Assembly (NCBI GenBank): GCA_012295275.1
Contig: CM022667.1
Coordinates: forward strand, 16,554,001 to 16,618,000
Reading direction: 5' to 3'
Origin: Chrysomallon squamiferum
Lineage: Eukaryota; Animalia; Mollusca
DNA: 64,000 bases
Within the stretch, counting starts at the first letter, position 1; each line of letters starts with the position of its first letter. Below the pieces are notes generated by a model that was given only the letters and a program-made list of their open reading frames with translations, did no database searches and was not told the DNA's origin. The position numbers and the translations under genes are program-made. Shown in pieces: positions 16,597-33,740 of the stretch.

Positions 16597-16970
16597 TTAT
16601 TATGATTATTTGTCACTGCTGTTTGTGTTATAACAGTCGTTTTAGTTTTGCTTTTTATTATATTATTATGATTATTTGTTACTGCTGTTTGTATTATAAC
16701 AGTCGTTTTAGTTTTGCTTTTCACCATATTATTAAGATTATTTGTTACTGCTATTTGTATTATAACAGTAGTTTTAGTTTTGCTTTTTACTATATTATGA
16801 TTATTTATTACTGTTGTTTGTGTTATAACAGTAGTGTTAGTTTTGCTTTTTATTATATTATTATGATTATTTGTTACTGTTGTTTGTGTTATAACAGTAC
16901 TTTTAGTTTTACTTTTTATTATATTATTATGATTATTTGTTACTGTTGTTTGTATTATAATAGTACTTTT
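16597..16970. repeat. Minisatellite, ~66-bp unit, ~5.7 copies
   Basis: Repeated TATTATGATTATTTGTTACTG(C/T)TGTTTGT(G/A)TTATAACAGT...TTTTAGTTTTGCTTTT; it appears as a 22-aa periodicity in the ORF track. Confidence 0.9.
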
Positions 16971-18071
16971 AGTAGTAGTAGTGGTAGTCACTGCTGTTTA
17001 CATGTTTTATCTATTTTGTCCAATGCATTTTTATATTGATTTTTAATAAGCAAATGAGGGCATATTGTAAGCAAACAACTGCATGGCTGCATTGTATTAT
17101 ACGTGTATGTCTGTGCGAAGCTATGTTTATGTCTTTTGTGTTAGTTAATAGGCATGCAAATGTATCTCTATTTATAAATCAGTACATAGGTATGTATGTG
17201 TATAGGTGTGTATAGGTGTGTGTGTGTGTGTGTGTACGTTTGTATGAAATAAGCATGTGTGCATTTATACTATATATTTGTATATGTTTGCATGCTTAAG
17301 GACCGTTGCATATTTGTGAACATGCATTAAACTTCCATTTTTCTTAATTTTATATTATAAAAATAAAACAAAAACGAACTGCATAATAGAGATTTCAGCT
17401 ATCCGATTAACTTACATAAGCAACAACAATAATAACAGCAATGACTACGACGCCAACAATGATAACAATAGTTAATAAACTATTATGTAGAACGTAACTT
17501 ACTACAGTTTAGGCATTAACATAACTGTTCCATCTAAAGTCAGAGACACGGTTGTTTTCACAGACAGAACTTCACGTATAAAACTTTAATAGCTTATTCT
17601 CAAAAACCTGCTCTAACAATATTAAACAAATATGAACAGTTTCTGAAACTTACCTCAGCGAAAGAATAATATCTTGAAAATATCTTAATATCAAACAAAA
17701 ACGAACTTTTACTTCAGCGAAACAAGACAGAACTGAAACAAAGTTTAAATGTTTTTGTAAATCCTGTTTCAGTTGCGATTTAGTCATCTGTATTTTAACT
17801 TTTTTATACATTTTTTTTTTCCTTTAGAGAAAATAACAATAAAAACAAAAACGATTTGTTTGGATAAAAATGATGCCTCTATGTACTCAGTCTTTTAAGC
17901 ATCTATTGATGTGAAGCTTGCTAATGTTTACAGTAGGATAACTTTGCAATTGGTAAATAACATTTACCGCAGTTGGCAAAGTTTCGCTTTGTGCGATTAG
18001 GTTTTTGTTTCAGGTTAGAAAGGCGCCGTGACATGGATGAAATTACTGATATTTTTAATCTGCATACATAG

Positions 18072-18166
<95 letters not shown>

Positions 18167-18457
18167 CAAATATACTAAAGGACACCAAAAGAGGACAAAA
18201 CTATATGAAATGTAAAACCACAGCGGCAACTAAATAAAGAAATAAAGAAATACAATAAAGAAATAAAAGTAAATAAAATACAATAAAATTATGAATGTGT
18301 TTGTGCCAGTGTGTATATATCTTGTATCTGTCTGTCTGTTTATATACGCACGTATAGTTGTGGAGGCGTGATAACAGTGATGATTAACAAAACTGAAGCT
18401 ACAAGAATAAAGCAACCACAGCAACAACAGCAACACAACAACGACGACAATAATAAC

Positions 18458-18489
<32 letters not shown>

Positions 18490-18739
18490 TAATAATAATA
18501 ATAATATATAAAAGGGGAGTACACACAAATAAAATATAATAAATAAAAAAATAAAAAAATTCCTAAATCCTACACAATCAGTGTTCTGAATTCCTTGATT
18601 CACTGGACCATGAATAATGAACTTCACATAAACTATATATTTTTCTTTTCCTTTCAGTGAAATATCATTCAGTTCATAAACAACAAAATGGATATCACCG
18701 TGACCCATTTAAACAATAAAATAAATCAATAAATCAATA

Positions 18740-18784
<45 letters not shown>

Positions 18785-19937
18785 TGAAACAAACAGTGAT
18801 TATTTTTATGGAATGTTATAGTCTCGTTTGACGTTAAAGAAGAAAAAGACGAAAACAATAAAAAGAAAAAAAAAGGAGAGAAGAAAACAAATTTACGAGG
18901 AAAATAAAAAATATGACGGTTTTATTTTGAGTGAAATTCAACATATATCAAAAATAATGGATCAACTGAGCGAATGAATTATTAACAAATATTTGTTAAA
19001 CGTTAATGGTTATTAGGTAACGTTTTAATATTAATTATTGTTAGGTTTACATTTTAATATTAATTATTGTTAGCTTACATTTAAATATTAATGATTACTA
19101 CATGCCAAACATTTGTTTCTTATATAAGAAATAAAACTCATTGCCATCACACCGTGGATTTACTCTGTTCCTGATATCGACTGCAGACAGAAATCATTAA
19201 TACGCTCCATTCCATACAGAGGAATATATACGTATATTATATAGTTTTGACAAACCATTTAAGAGCTTTAGTGGAACTACCAAGTTCTGGCTGCCTAAGA
19301 GCAGACGAAATTCACAAACTAAGAATAGCTATTGCGTGTTCTCGTTTGTTCAGCTTTCTTTCTTTTTTCTTTTCGTTTCTTTTCTTGTCTTTTAACAGAA
19401 GCAAAATGTCGTGTTATCTTTTATCGTAGTGAACAGACTAAAGTAAATTGTAAGTACCCGCGAGTCTTAACACCCCCTGTGCAAGTTACACTGGTCTGCC
19501 CACATCAATCCCAAACATTTCCTCGTCAAACTGAGCAGACGCCATAAAAAATTTGACAAACAGCAGACGACACGTTTCCCACCTTTTTCCGTTCAGTTTT
19601 TGTTCTTTACTTTTCTTTTTTTTTTTTTTTTTTAAATATTTCTTTTTCTCTCTTTATTCATTTCGTTCAATAAATATATACATGTTTTCTTTTTTTTTTT
19701 TTTTTTCTTTCTTTTCTCACTGTATTTTCCTTTCTTTATATCTTCTGTTTAACATTACATATTTAATTAAATATGGGTGTTTTAGTTTTTCGGTTTTTTT
19801 TTTTTTATATAATTCTACAATAACTGTTTGGTTAAATAAAAAAAAAAGTTTATTAATTTGATTGTGTCAGTTAAAGAAATACTTTAAAATAAATAAATAA
19901 ACAAACAAACAAACAAACAAACAAACGAACAAACAAA

Positions 19938-19980
<43 letters not shown>

Positions 19981-21704
19981 ACAAACAAACAAATAAATAA
20001 ATAAATAAAGTTTAAAAGCCACAAGAAACACTTATTTTAGACCTTATTTTAGCCTGCTCATACTTTTCCATTCACTTCACTTCCCACACTCGTTCACACT
20101 GTTCAAAACTGCCTCAAGCCATTATGTAAAAATGTTAATAATCCTTTTTGTCGCTTAAAGGAAATTACTTTAATATTAGGCATACTGTACTTGGTTTATC
20201 AATTCTTTGCAAAAGTACAAAATTACACTCCTGTAAATTACAATTTTAACACTACTGTTCAGAATTCAAAAGAAACTTTACACCAGTTATTTGTCTTTAC
20301 TGGGTTTTTACCCTTACCAGCCAGTTCCCACAAATTGTTATGCTAAGCTCTGGGTTATACGCTTTCCTGAATACGAGAAAAATCCTTCCTGTTACGAAAT
20401 AAATATCTCTCTCATGTTGTCATTACAAAATCATATTCATAATACTTAATAATTGTCAATAATAAAGTATGTATTTGGAGAAATGTACATACTACTACTA
20501 CTAATAAAAACTAACAATCAGATAACAAGCCAGTGAAAAATTCATGATGGCTGACATTTCTTTTTTATTATGACGTCATATCGCGTATAGAAATATGAGA
20601 GAAAAACCGCAACATACTTGGTTAATCATTGCAAATTAGCAGGATTGCTAATCATTTATGTATAATTTATGACATGACATAGAAATATATAGGAACGCCA
20701 TGGAACCTCACGATCTGGTTATCTGTTACAGTTACTACGAAAGTCTGATGTTTATTAACAAACCCAAGTAACTGAATCAGAAATGTATAACGAAATTAAA
20801 GCTGGCTATACAAAGAATAAAAAGTTCATTTTATAAATTGTGCTGAGTTTTTTAAAGAAAAATTTAATATGATATCGTACTGGCAGATTTATATAAAAAC
20901 AGATTCATGAATTCTCCTGACACGTAATTTGCTTCTGTGTACCTTGAATAGAACCTGTTCTTAATTTAAAATCAAATTTACAATAAAGAATGTTTTTGTT
21001 GAAATCTTGCCAAGGGCGTTGGAAATATTAAATGCATTTTAAATCAGACTTCTATGATGTCATACGTGTATATATATATATGTGTGTGTGCTACGTATAA
21101 CAATAGTAACAACAACAATAAAATAAATATACATAAACATGCTGTAACGCAAAACCCCTTCTAATGTCAATATGAACTATTTTTTTTGTTTGCGTATGAA
21201 CGATGTTCAATGACAGATAACGACACACATATTGCATTAACCGATTTTCAATATGGCTTAGATTAGCTTTTATTTTTACAACCTAAAGCTACCTGACAAG
21301 GCATTAGGGTAGTTAAATATCAAGTCACACATCGTAAAGCAGCATTCCTTTTTTTGTGACTGAGTCTTTGTTCAGCCGCTGCGAGAGATAGTACAACAGC
21401 TAAGTTAACTGCATGTAAGGTGAAATAAAATAACTGACTCTATTATACATGTGTACGTCGATCTTTAGTTCTTAGACTAAGGTTCTCGATCAGAATATCT
21501 GATTTTGCTTTTATCTTCTTTTGACTCGCATCGTTTTGCCTATCTCTTTCTTTTTCTCTCTTTCTTGTCATCTGTGTTACTGATCCTCACTGTCTCATTC
21601 TTCGCTTGTTTGTATGTGCTTTTGATTCTGTGCGCGTATTCGTGTAGGAGTACATATGTGTGTGTCTGTGTATGTATATATGTATGTATGTATGAATGTA
21701 TGCA

Positions 21705-21743
<39 letters not shown>

Positions 21744-23261
21744 AATATATATGTTGTAAATATATATATTTTTATATATATGTCTGTGACTGTGTATGAG
21801 TCTCTCCATGTATGTATAAAAGTGTTTTGTCTGTGTGTGTTTCATGCCTCTCAATTCAAGTGACTAAACTCTGCAAATTTATCTTACTTGACACTGGATT
21901 GTTCGATAGCTAGTCGCATAGTTGCATCAATCGAATAATAGTGCATATAGACGTACTGGTGTGGATATATGTTTCTTTGGTTCTGTGCGGGGTGTGTGTC
22001 GTAGTATGTTTTATATTAGATATGATATAATATATAATAATTTAGATTATGTTATATATATGCTAATACTGTTTATAAGTCGTCAAGGAGATTTTACCTG
22101 TCTCGCCCACTAATACAATACGGGATATAAGACTATATCTACGATAGCTAACAACACTTACCTACAACATAGCGACACGGAAGAAGTCATCATTCTTATA
22201 ACATGTACTCCGACTTGCTTATCATGTTGTGGTCTGCGTTTTAGTCCTATCGCTTCTTCTGCGTGGAGAGTTATCCTCTTTTCTTGCCAGAGCACTGACG
22301 AAAAATCCTCTAACCGACTGCCTGCGGGCGAGCGAGAATTGTAGGTCAACTGTCGAACTAAGTGGGTCGTTGTGGGTTCGTTCTATTCCACTGATCTTGA
22401 ATTTTTCTTTCTCTCTCGTCATGAAAAAACACGTGAGTTAGTTATGTGTTTGCAAAGAAGTGGCAATTACATTAAAAACACGGTAGATTTTAAGATTACT
22501 GCTTTATATTTCACTGATTCAAGACCTATGATTATAGCATTGTGTTTGATCTGATTTATTAGAATAGTAACTCTAGAGCATTCCTTTTCTTTTTCTGCTT
22601 CAAGGGGGGTCCTTTGTTTCTTATTCAGATTGTCAGTTTCCAGGTCGTATCAAATGAACATGAACAAAAATTAACTTTTAAAACTATTACCTATTTAAAC
22701 AGGTTCCTTTATTGTCGTTTCGCCTGTCTTTATTTTTGCGCTGAGATGGTAGAAATTACTTATCCTCTTTAACAAGAGCAGCACGAATGAAACACAATAT
22801 TTTATGTAGGCCTATTTTTTCTTGCTAAAATCCACAATAACACTCGTCTTCAGAACATTTTGTTTTGTTTTATCCTGTGGATTTCGTTTCCTTCACCTTA
22901 AAATATATATACATAAAAAAAAAAAATAAAAAATAAAAATAAATAAAACCTATACGTTTTTAATAATGACAAGAAAAATAATGTTATCAGCAGTTATTAC
23001 TACTATTTCTACTATAATATTACTATTATTACTACTTCCACTATTATCACTACTACTACTACTACTGCTACTACACGGCTACTATTATCATCATCGCTAT
23101 TATCGTCATCATTATTACTCAGATATTACTGCTAGCTGGTATTTATAATTATTATGATTATTACATATTATGATGTTATTATTATTATAATACTAGCAGT
23201 ATTAGCAGTAGGAGTAGTAGTAACAACAGTATCATTATCATCATCAATGCCATCATAACCT

Positions 23262-23356
23262 TCATTTACATTAATAAAATTATAACATATCCTCATATTG
23301 AGTTAGCGTCATTTACACTAATAAAATTATAACAGATCCTCACACTGAGTTAGCGT
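23262..23356. repeat. Tandem duplication, 47-bp unit x2
   Basis: TCATTTACA(T/C)TAATAAAATTATAACA(T/G)ATCCTCA(T/C)A(T/C)TGAGTTAGCG starts at 23262 and 23309. Confidence 0.9.
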
Positions 23357-23872
23357 TTTTCTTCAGTGTATTTCCAAATTCTTATTTCCCAGTTGCTTCA
23401 CATCCGTTTTGTTTGTTTATAAATATTAAAACTAATTAATTACAGTTATTGATTTTAGAAGAATTTAAGCTCCTGTGTTATAAATAGTTAGTGTTGTCTG
23501 ACTGAATTTAACAGTCAGCTGTTGTCACATATCTACCTAGTGAACAAAGGTAAATAACATACAGGTGTGAGATTTATTCTGTGGTCCTGTGATTACAGAT
23601 ATCTCGCTGTCTACACGTACATGTACTTGACAAGCGGATCGTGTTCTGTAGACAAAACAAATCACGTCTGTTGAGGGAGGGACGAGAAGGGCAGAGGGAA
23701 AGACATAGTCATTTGTGTTTGTTTGTTAAACAGAGAGAAAGGCAAACAAACAAACTTATATATACTGTAAAAAGATATATTAAGAAAAAAGGTAAATTGA
23801 ACAGGTAAAATGTGTGAGAGGTATGAGATAAAAAGAGGCAAGACAAACACAAACACAGAGAGACACACACAC

Positions 23873-23991
<119 letters not shown>

Positions 23992-26875
23992 ATACATACA
24001 AACAGTTTGCAATATCTTTATATTATTATAGAACAGTCTATCTCTGATTGTCTATATCTACACCACAAACATCTAAGGTTATCCAGAACACGAACTGCTG
24101 TTAATGCTTTATCAGCTGACATACAGATGTTTACAACTGAACAAACATTCTCATAGATTCTACAAACACAAAGTTTAAGTATCTGGATGACATTGTCACA
24201 TACCTGAACCTTGTTTGTATTGCATACAGCAACATCCACGTGTACGTGGTATCAAACACACCTGCAAATACATCAGGTATTCATTAAACCCTGTCGAGAA
24301 AAACACGCATATTATACCCACACATATTTTTCCTTCCTATATAGCCAGTGACTCTCTCCAAAAATAATTTGCTTTTACTATGCAATGAAAAAAAAAAAAA
24401 AAATTTGCTCTGTTGCCTCCAGTGTACCTCAAAGAAGAAGAAGAAGAAGAGAAAAATAAAATCGTACTGAACCTTGATTGTTCCCGTTAGGTCAAATGCC
24501 ATGGTCTGTTTGCAACGTGCTTATTTAACGGGACTTGTCACGAACGAAACTGGTTTATAAAGTAAAATACTTGTTGTTTTCTTATACGTTTACCTTTTGT
24601 TTATCACAACGGCATTCCGAAAGCCTTGGAGGTTTATAAAAAATTTATTTAAGAAAATCAATGCACTGTTGAAAAGGGTAGAAGGAGATGTTATAGATAT
24701 AATACGTAAAAATGTCCCGGAAATAAACTTCATTGTGTGGATTTGTGGACAAAGAAGTCGTTTTTAATGAACGTATGAACAACTACGAAGATATTCTAGG
24801 AATGCCTAATGTACCGGTTTGAATTATACCTTGACATAGTTAGGTGAGAGAGCGACGAAGTGTTAAAGTTTGATTTTTTTTTCTGGTGTAATGAGGAAAA
24901 GAAATGAGTAGGAACATATTCAGTGGAATTTATAATGAAGAGAATTAATGATTGTTACTTTTCAGTTTTTGTATGACTGATTTTTATATTTCTTTATATA
25001 AAATTCTGATATTTTTAAACCTTTCTATGTTATTAATATTTTTAAATTTTGATAACTTATATTATTTTAATTTTATTTTAGTCATAGAGTAAGTCCTAAA
25101 GACCTTGATAGAAATAAATTCATTTAGGCCTAATAATAATAATAATAATAACAACAACAACAACAACAATGTAGTTTAGACATTTAAAGGTAAATAAGAA
25201 AAATGCTGAAATATAAAAAATACATTTATCTGTTTATAATAATGTTTAATAAATAAAAGTGCAGAGATATGAAAATACCTAAATATCTATATAAAAAAAT
25301 TAATAAATCAGTTTCATAGTATGAAAGTGCACACAGACACATACACACGCACACTCATATATATGTACATACACATATACACACGCGTGTGTGTGAGTAT
25401 GTATGTATAAAAATATATATATATATATATATAAGAACTAAATCAATAAAAGTGCCACATTAACAAAGCACGTTTATACAGAAATAACAGAGGAGCAAGT
25501 AACCAGATACACCTGATATCTTGGCACGCATTCAGACGAGGACATACCACTAAATCATTCATAAAGAAATAGATGATATTGTATCTTTTTCCTTCACTTT
25601 GGTGGTTTAGTTTTATGCCGTGACATTTTGTGAAGATAAAATTTCCTTTAATTTAGCTATGGAAAAGAGGCTCTCTTGCCATCTGGTGTAGATAATGTGA
25701 ATGCTTACCTGTGGTGGTTCCGATAAATAATTTAATACTGTTTATACACATTCAGTGACTGTATTGTTTCTTTTTATTTCAATATATAAATAAACAGATA
25801 AATAAATAAATATGTGTGTGTGTTTGTTTGTTTGTGTGTATGTGTGTGTGTGTTTGTGTGAACATACATACATATACATATGTATGTATGTATGTATGTA
25901 TATTTGTTTGCTTGCTTGTTTGTTTGATTCTGTTCGTTTGTAATCTATCACCCTGTTTTAATGTATTATTTCATAAAAGGAAAGTCTAAAAAGAGGTAGA
26001 AAAGTTCAAGCAAAAAATCGGATCAGTGACTGGCTAAATTTTGAAACAATCCAAAGAGGATTTAGTCAATAATAATAAAGTATAATTAAATATAATATAG
26101 TGTGATATAGTATAGTACAGTACCGTACAGTATAGTATAGCATAGCATAGCATAGTATGGCATACTAACATGTAAGCATATGAATATATATTTGCATGCT
26201 TACAATTGTGTGTAGTTCGAAGTACACATATATGTAGTATTATTTTTCTTATTTTTTCTTAGAGCTTCCATTTTTGAACATGTTCGTGGACAAAACGTTA
26301 AGCTATTTTTCTTGTAAATGAATGAAGCAGCGTCTGAAATATTTCACGTAGAATTATTTCAGGAATTCTGTTGTGATAACATGCTGTCCAAGAGAAATAA
26401 ACACGAACTAAAGAAGGCGTGCGAGAAATTGACACAGTGAACTTTGACACCCTGTTTGAAATTAACAAGGGAGGTAAACAGTGAAACAGACAACCTTTCT
26501 CATTTGACTTGACTTGATATTTGTACGACCGTAACCACACTGTGAGCGAAGTTTCAAGTCAAGTTATTATTAACCACTGAAAATGACGACAGAAGCAGCA
26601 GAAAGGACTTGTAGAAAAGTCGCTTAGTGTGGAAATGAGTATTAACAGAACAATACATCTCCGTCCCTTGACAGATTTAGACTTAAAATTATAACTGTAC
26701 AATAAATGCTTTTGTGCGTGTTTCGTTTACTCCCGTGGTATTTGTCTGTTTGTCTCCTTTTCTTTTCTTTATTTGTTACTTTTTTCTTCTTTTTTAAAAT
26801 ATTTTTTATCTTATAACACTTCTTTGTATTTCCTTTTCTCTCGTTCTCTTAGTCAGTTTTGTTCTTATTGTTCTT

Positions 26876-26982
<107 letters not shown>

Positions 26983-27148
26983 CGCTTTCCTCAAGTGAAT
27001 TCTATAACAATAGAATTAATAAATGACGGTGCGAGAGCAGAACATTAAGAGAAATTAGCAAAAACAGGAGAACGAAAAATATAATAATAACTGAAAAAGA
27101 CATGCTGAAGAGGTTAACAGTGAAAACAAGAAAGAGAAAGAAAGAACG

Positions 27149-27213
<65 letters not shown>

Positions 27214-28044
27214 TGTTTATTTAATCTATTTCTACTTTGTGTAATAAACACTTTGCAAAGCAATACACATTTTTCAGTGAAATAATATTTAGATAAAAAG
27301 AAAATTCAACAATATTCATTTCTGAAAATGTGTTTATTAACAACAGTATAAAAGTGACATCTTATAAACAACTTACAAAATTAAATCAACAATAATTATG
27401 ACAATGCAATACAATAGTATCTGTACAGAACTGTAAGTTGGTGGGATTACCAACACTTGTGATAACTAAACTTTGAAAACAGAAATTACGTTGTATTTTA
27501 TTTGCACATTAGTACGAAAAAATATATAATAAGTATGAAAACAAAGCAAACAAAACAAAACAACAGTAACTCTAATATTTACGTACAGACATACACACCC
27601 ATGTTTATACAAGTGTTCCTCTCATAATTAAAAAATTCTAATTTGACAAAGAATTATTAATACAAACCACAAATACCCTCAAATAAAAATATCAGTACAC
27701 GAAACCACACACACACACACACGCGCACAATGGAATGCTTTGAAGGAATGTTTAAAGCCTTTAATGGAGTTCAATGAGAGATACATTTTTAAGAGAGTAT
27801 CCCGTTTTACACCCACGCACACACACACACACACGAATAACAAATTTTGTCCATTCTGAATTTCAGTTTGTAAAACAAATATAAATTGTAAAAATGAACA
27901 GACACGTAAAAAGTCAGTTTAACCATGCTAAACTAAGAAGTCTTTAACAGCATTTGTAAAAACATGCAGAGTTCAAGTGCTTTCTTCGCTACAAAAACTC
28001 GTCAACTGTCAAATGCATTACTCTGAACTTCTACTTTTTAATGT

Positions 28045-29814
<1,770 letters not shown>

Positions 29815-29976
29815 GATATTAGTAATAACTAATCTTAGAACAATATAATCTGACAATTTTCTCTTCGTTATTTCACTATTTTGTCTTTCTTTATATATAT
29901 CTACCTACTTGTGTCTGTCTGTGTACAGACTATAACTACAGTACAGGAGTAATAAAGATGTATGTAGATACAACAC

Positions 29977-30131
29977 TTTTATATAGTCCTCTGTTTTGTA
30001 ATTACGTGCCAGCGTGTTTCTGCTGACGCGAGAGAAAACACAGGAACAACAAATGGAGGAAATACGGTATTAACTGTACAAGAAATGTGTAAGTACAGCT
30101 TGTTTACGTGTTCGCGGTTTCGGCCACGTCA
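29977..30131 (-). promoter_or_regulatory. Core promoter of Arf paralog A (TATA box plus TGACGTGGC element)
   Basis: Minus-strand TATATAAAA at 29985-29977 lies ~165 nt upstream of the ATG. TGACGTGGC is at 30131-30123, and CpG is locally enriched. Confidence 0.55.
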
Positions 30132-30492
30132 TTATCGACTCGTGGAGCTATTTTTAAGCTTTCTTTATTTTTTTATTTTTTTTATTATTTGTTTTGTTTT
30201 TTTTCCATAGGGCTTTTACGGGTATTAAACATGAATGAAAAAAAAAAAAAAAAAAGAAAAGAAAAATAATTTTAAAAGAAAGAAAGAAAACAAAAAAATA
30301 AAAGAAGAAGAAGGAAAAACAAAAACAAAAAAGGTAACGAGGTAATTAGAAACAAAAGTAAGCAGGAGCTTAATCTGATAGGACTTTTTGTACTAACTGA
30401 AATTTAATAGATTGTTGTTATTGTATAAAGATAATAATAATCAAGATGAACAAATGACACTAGTACTAAAACATTTTTTGTTAAAATAATTT

Positions 30493-30549
<57 letters not shown>

Positions 30550-30732
30550 TAGGAAGACACACAGAGATAGAGACATATGTAAACTTAGACAGAAAACTAA
30601 CCGTCAAACAGCGAAAGACAGATATATATTTATAATACAAAGAGAAGACAGAGATCAAAAGAGAAATATGCAGAGTGACAGAAAGAGACAGAGAGAGAAA
30701 GTGAGAGAGAGAGGGGGAGGGAGTGAGCGATG

Positions 30733-30815
<83 letters not shown>

Positions 30816-30829
30816 TAAAGGTAACAAAG

Positions 30830-31062
30830 CAGTGGCGTGCAGAGGGGGGAGGGCGAAGGGGCGGTGCCCCCGGGCATCCAATCAGAGAAAATAACTTAAT
30901 AAATGTGGTTGATTTATGTTTAAGTCGAATTGAGTGTTTATTTTATGTTTCATCTGTGTTTACATATTCAAATTATTTCTCAGTACTTGGCCTTATACTT
31001 GAGTCTGGTTCATACAATCAAGGAGTTGGCCTCGGGCATCATCAGACCTTTGCTCGCCACTG
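30830..31062. mobile_element. Non-autonomous hAT-type DNA transposon (MITE), 233 bp
   Basis: Terminal inverted repeats CAGTGGCGTGCAGAGG and CCTTTGCTCGCCACTG match at 14/16. A perfect 8-bp target-site duplication TAACAAAG flanks it at 30822-30829 and 31063-31070. Confidence 0.9.
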
Positions 31063-31845
31063 TAACAAAGCAGAGAAGTCAAATTAAAATAGATGTAAAA
31101 TAAACTGATATCGTATTTATAAAATATTACAGAAATATTCAAGAATCATTAAAGAAATAACGTATAATAAAAATAAAATAAACATATTTTCAGTTTCCTA
31201 AAACTACTAAGTACTGTAAGTACTCCCGCTATACTGAAGTATCTGTTGAGGTATACAACAGACACATTGTCTTTTCTCTCTAAAACGTTGACGTTGTCGT
31301 ACCCAAGTTTTGGGATATAATTATGCCCACGAAAGGCAAGAACAACCTGTTCTGATTATCAATTTGATAGTACATTATTCTCTGTTTACAAGTTTCAATT
31401 TTTTTTTTTTTTTTTTTTTTTTTTATTATTTTTTTAATTTACCGCAATTTCCCTAATGAAATTTTACCTCTAGGTACTGTTAAGTTATTCCGAGTCCCCA
31501 CTATCGATCACGACAAACCTCTCCTAACCCACTTTCCATCAATCTAGTCAGTCATGAAAATGATTTAATGATAACAATCGTGCGGGAAAACTAGTTTTTA
31601 TTTAGAATGACGAAAGTGGAATAACGACATTTATTTTGTTGAAAACTATGCCTCACATAACAGCTAAGGACTGGCTACGAATTACTGAAATTATATATCA
31701 GATGTTCTTAATACAAAAGGAATAAAAAAGAAAAAGAAATTATGAGTGAACGCCTTTATGAACAGTTTACAAAACATGATATCGTATCCTCTATAGTCAT
31801 TCTGTCATGCGATCATTCAACGTAAACATTCTCACCGCAGATCTG

Positions 31846-31964
31846 TATATAAAAAGGAGTGAGGAATGTATACGTACTGAGTAAACAGGGCAGAGGCGAT
31901 ACACAAACGTGACATTGCAGAAACGCGAGCCTGAATCCAGAAAACTGGGGCTGAGCAGGTAAGC
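31846..31964 (+). promoter_or_regulatory. TATA box and non-coding first exon probably belonging to CysA
   Basis: TATATAAAAA at 31846 is followed ~110 nt later by the strong donor CAG|GTAAGC (GT at 31959). A matching acceptor TTGACAG| ends at 34711, 20 nt before the CysA ATG. Confidence 0.55.
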
Positions 31965-32544
31965 GATTCAAAGCTAATTACCGTATCACTTAATATTAAT
32001 TATTGTATCGATGGTTTTTGTTTACAGAACAGATTATTGTAGGGAATATATCATCATATGTAGATATGTAACTTTACAGAGTTTTAGGTGTTTTGTAATA
32101 ATCATTCATGACCTAATTTCAAATATATACGTGTTGAGATGTTCTGTTCTGCTTTGGTGATTCGCTCTAATTTATTTATTTCTTTTCTCTTTCTTTGTGT
32201 TAATTTTATGCTTTCTTGTTATTAATGTATTGTGTGTGTTTGCCATATTTTTTATAAGTGTCACGTTAACTCACACGTTTGCCACATCCAGAATTCAAAA
32301 AAACTGAGTGTATCTTTGTTTTTTGTTTATTTTAATACTAAAGGCCAAACTATTTATCTTTGTCACGGTTACTAGTCTGAGTGCTGTTACTACCTAAAAT
32401 TTGGCTCGTCCCATCTAAAGGATAGCATACCTTAATAGCGTCACGTGATAAGATGGTAATTATCTGAGACAGCTTAAACTACTAAATGATTATTCTGTAT
32501 TCATTAGAGAACAATAACACAAACACGAATTCAGTATGGATAAT

Positions 32545-32581
<37 letters not shown>

Positions 32582-33709
32582 TTACACAAATTAACCCTAC
32601 ACGGTAATATATAGTTATAAAGTTAAATCGTACGATTCGACGATACGTTATCAAAGCAAATAGCGTTGACAAATAATAGAAAATTAATTCGGTCCAGTTG
32701 GTTACTTGATCTATCTAAATACGCTTTTTAATTATTAAAATACGTTAACCTTGTATTATAATTGTAAGTACCTACCACAGAATGTCACCAAAAAATTCAG
32801 CAATAATAGATTTAGCTAACTTAAATCATTCAGTATGTATGTTACATATACAAAACATTAAAACATATCTACCATTGTCTGCGGCCCACAGACAGAGACT
32901 CTCAAGAAGAGAACTGATCAAAGATATCTCGTTCAAAAGGCGTGCCGCTATTTACACACCTCTGCAGACAACCTTTCTGAATTTACTTTGCAACTTTTAA
33001 TGCCAATTTTGAGTTTGTTAAACCCCAGTGTTTCTTAGTTTATTAAATAACGGAATTTCCCCTAATTATATAATACACCTTATAAATAGCTCATGTACAT
33101 CTGTATACGCTCTGCTATTTAGTTTTTGTGTATTTACCCCCATTTTCTGTTGTCATTAATTAGATAAACTGTTAAGAACTGTAAAAATATAAATTATAAA
33201 CATGATTATACAAGATAGCTAAATAAATATTACCGTAATATAATAAGATATTTAAGATAACAGGTAGCAGACATTCTGCTTTATCTGGATAAATAAAAAT
33301 AAAGATTTTGTGAATATTCTATAATTCACTACAAAGAAAAATCAAAATACAATTAAAAACAAGGCTGCAATGAGTCACTAATGAGGTTCCGTCACTATCT
33401 TATATAATGATCATTCTGATACAGGAAACTCGGTACAGCAAATACACATCTACTATTAACTGTTAGCAGAAAGAAATCGTATTTATGTACCTTCTCACAA
33501 AGAATACATTATGAACGAAGAACTTGGAGAAAACTTTGACTAAAACGGGAAAACGTTAAGTTAGCCCACCAGTAGAAATGACGTCTGAAACGATCACTCA
33601 AACCAGCTTCCAGAGACTAGAATTACATTTTAAATTATCTGTATTACATTTTTTTCTGCTACTACTATTATTATTATTATTATTATTATTATTGTTGTTG
33701 TTATTGTTG

Positions 33710-33740
<31 letters not shown>

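Noticed and set aside
16593-17039. Repetitive 132-aa and 145-aa ORFs on opposite strands
   Set aside because: Both are explained by the 66-bp minisatellite; there is no signal peptide or exon context.
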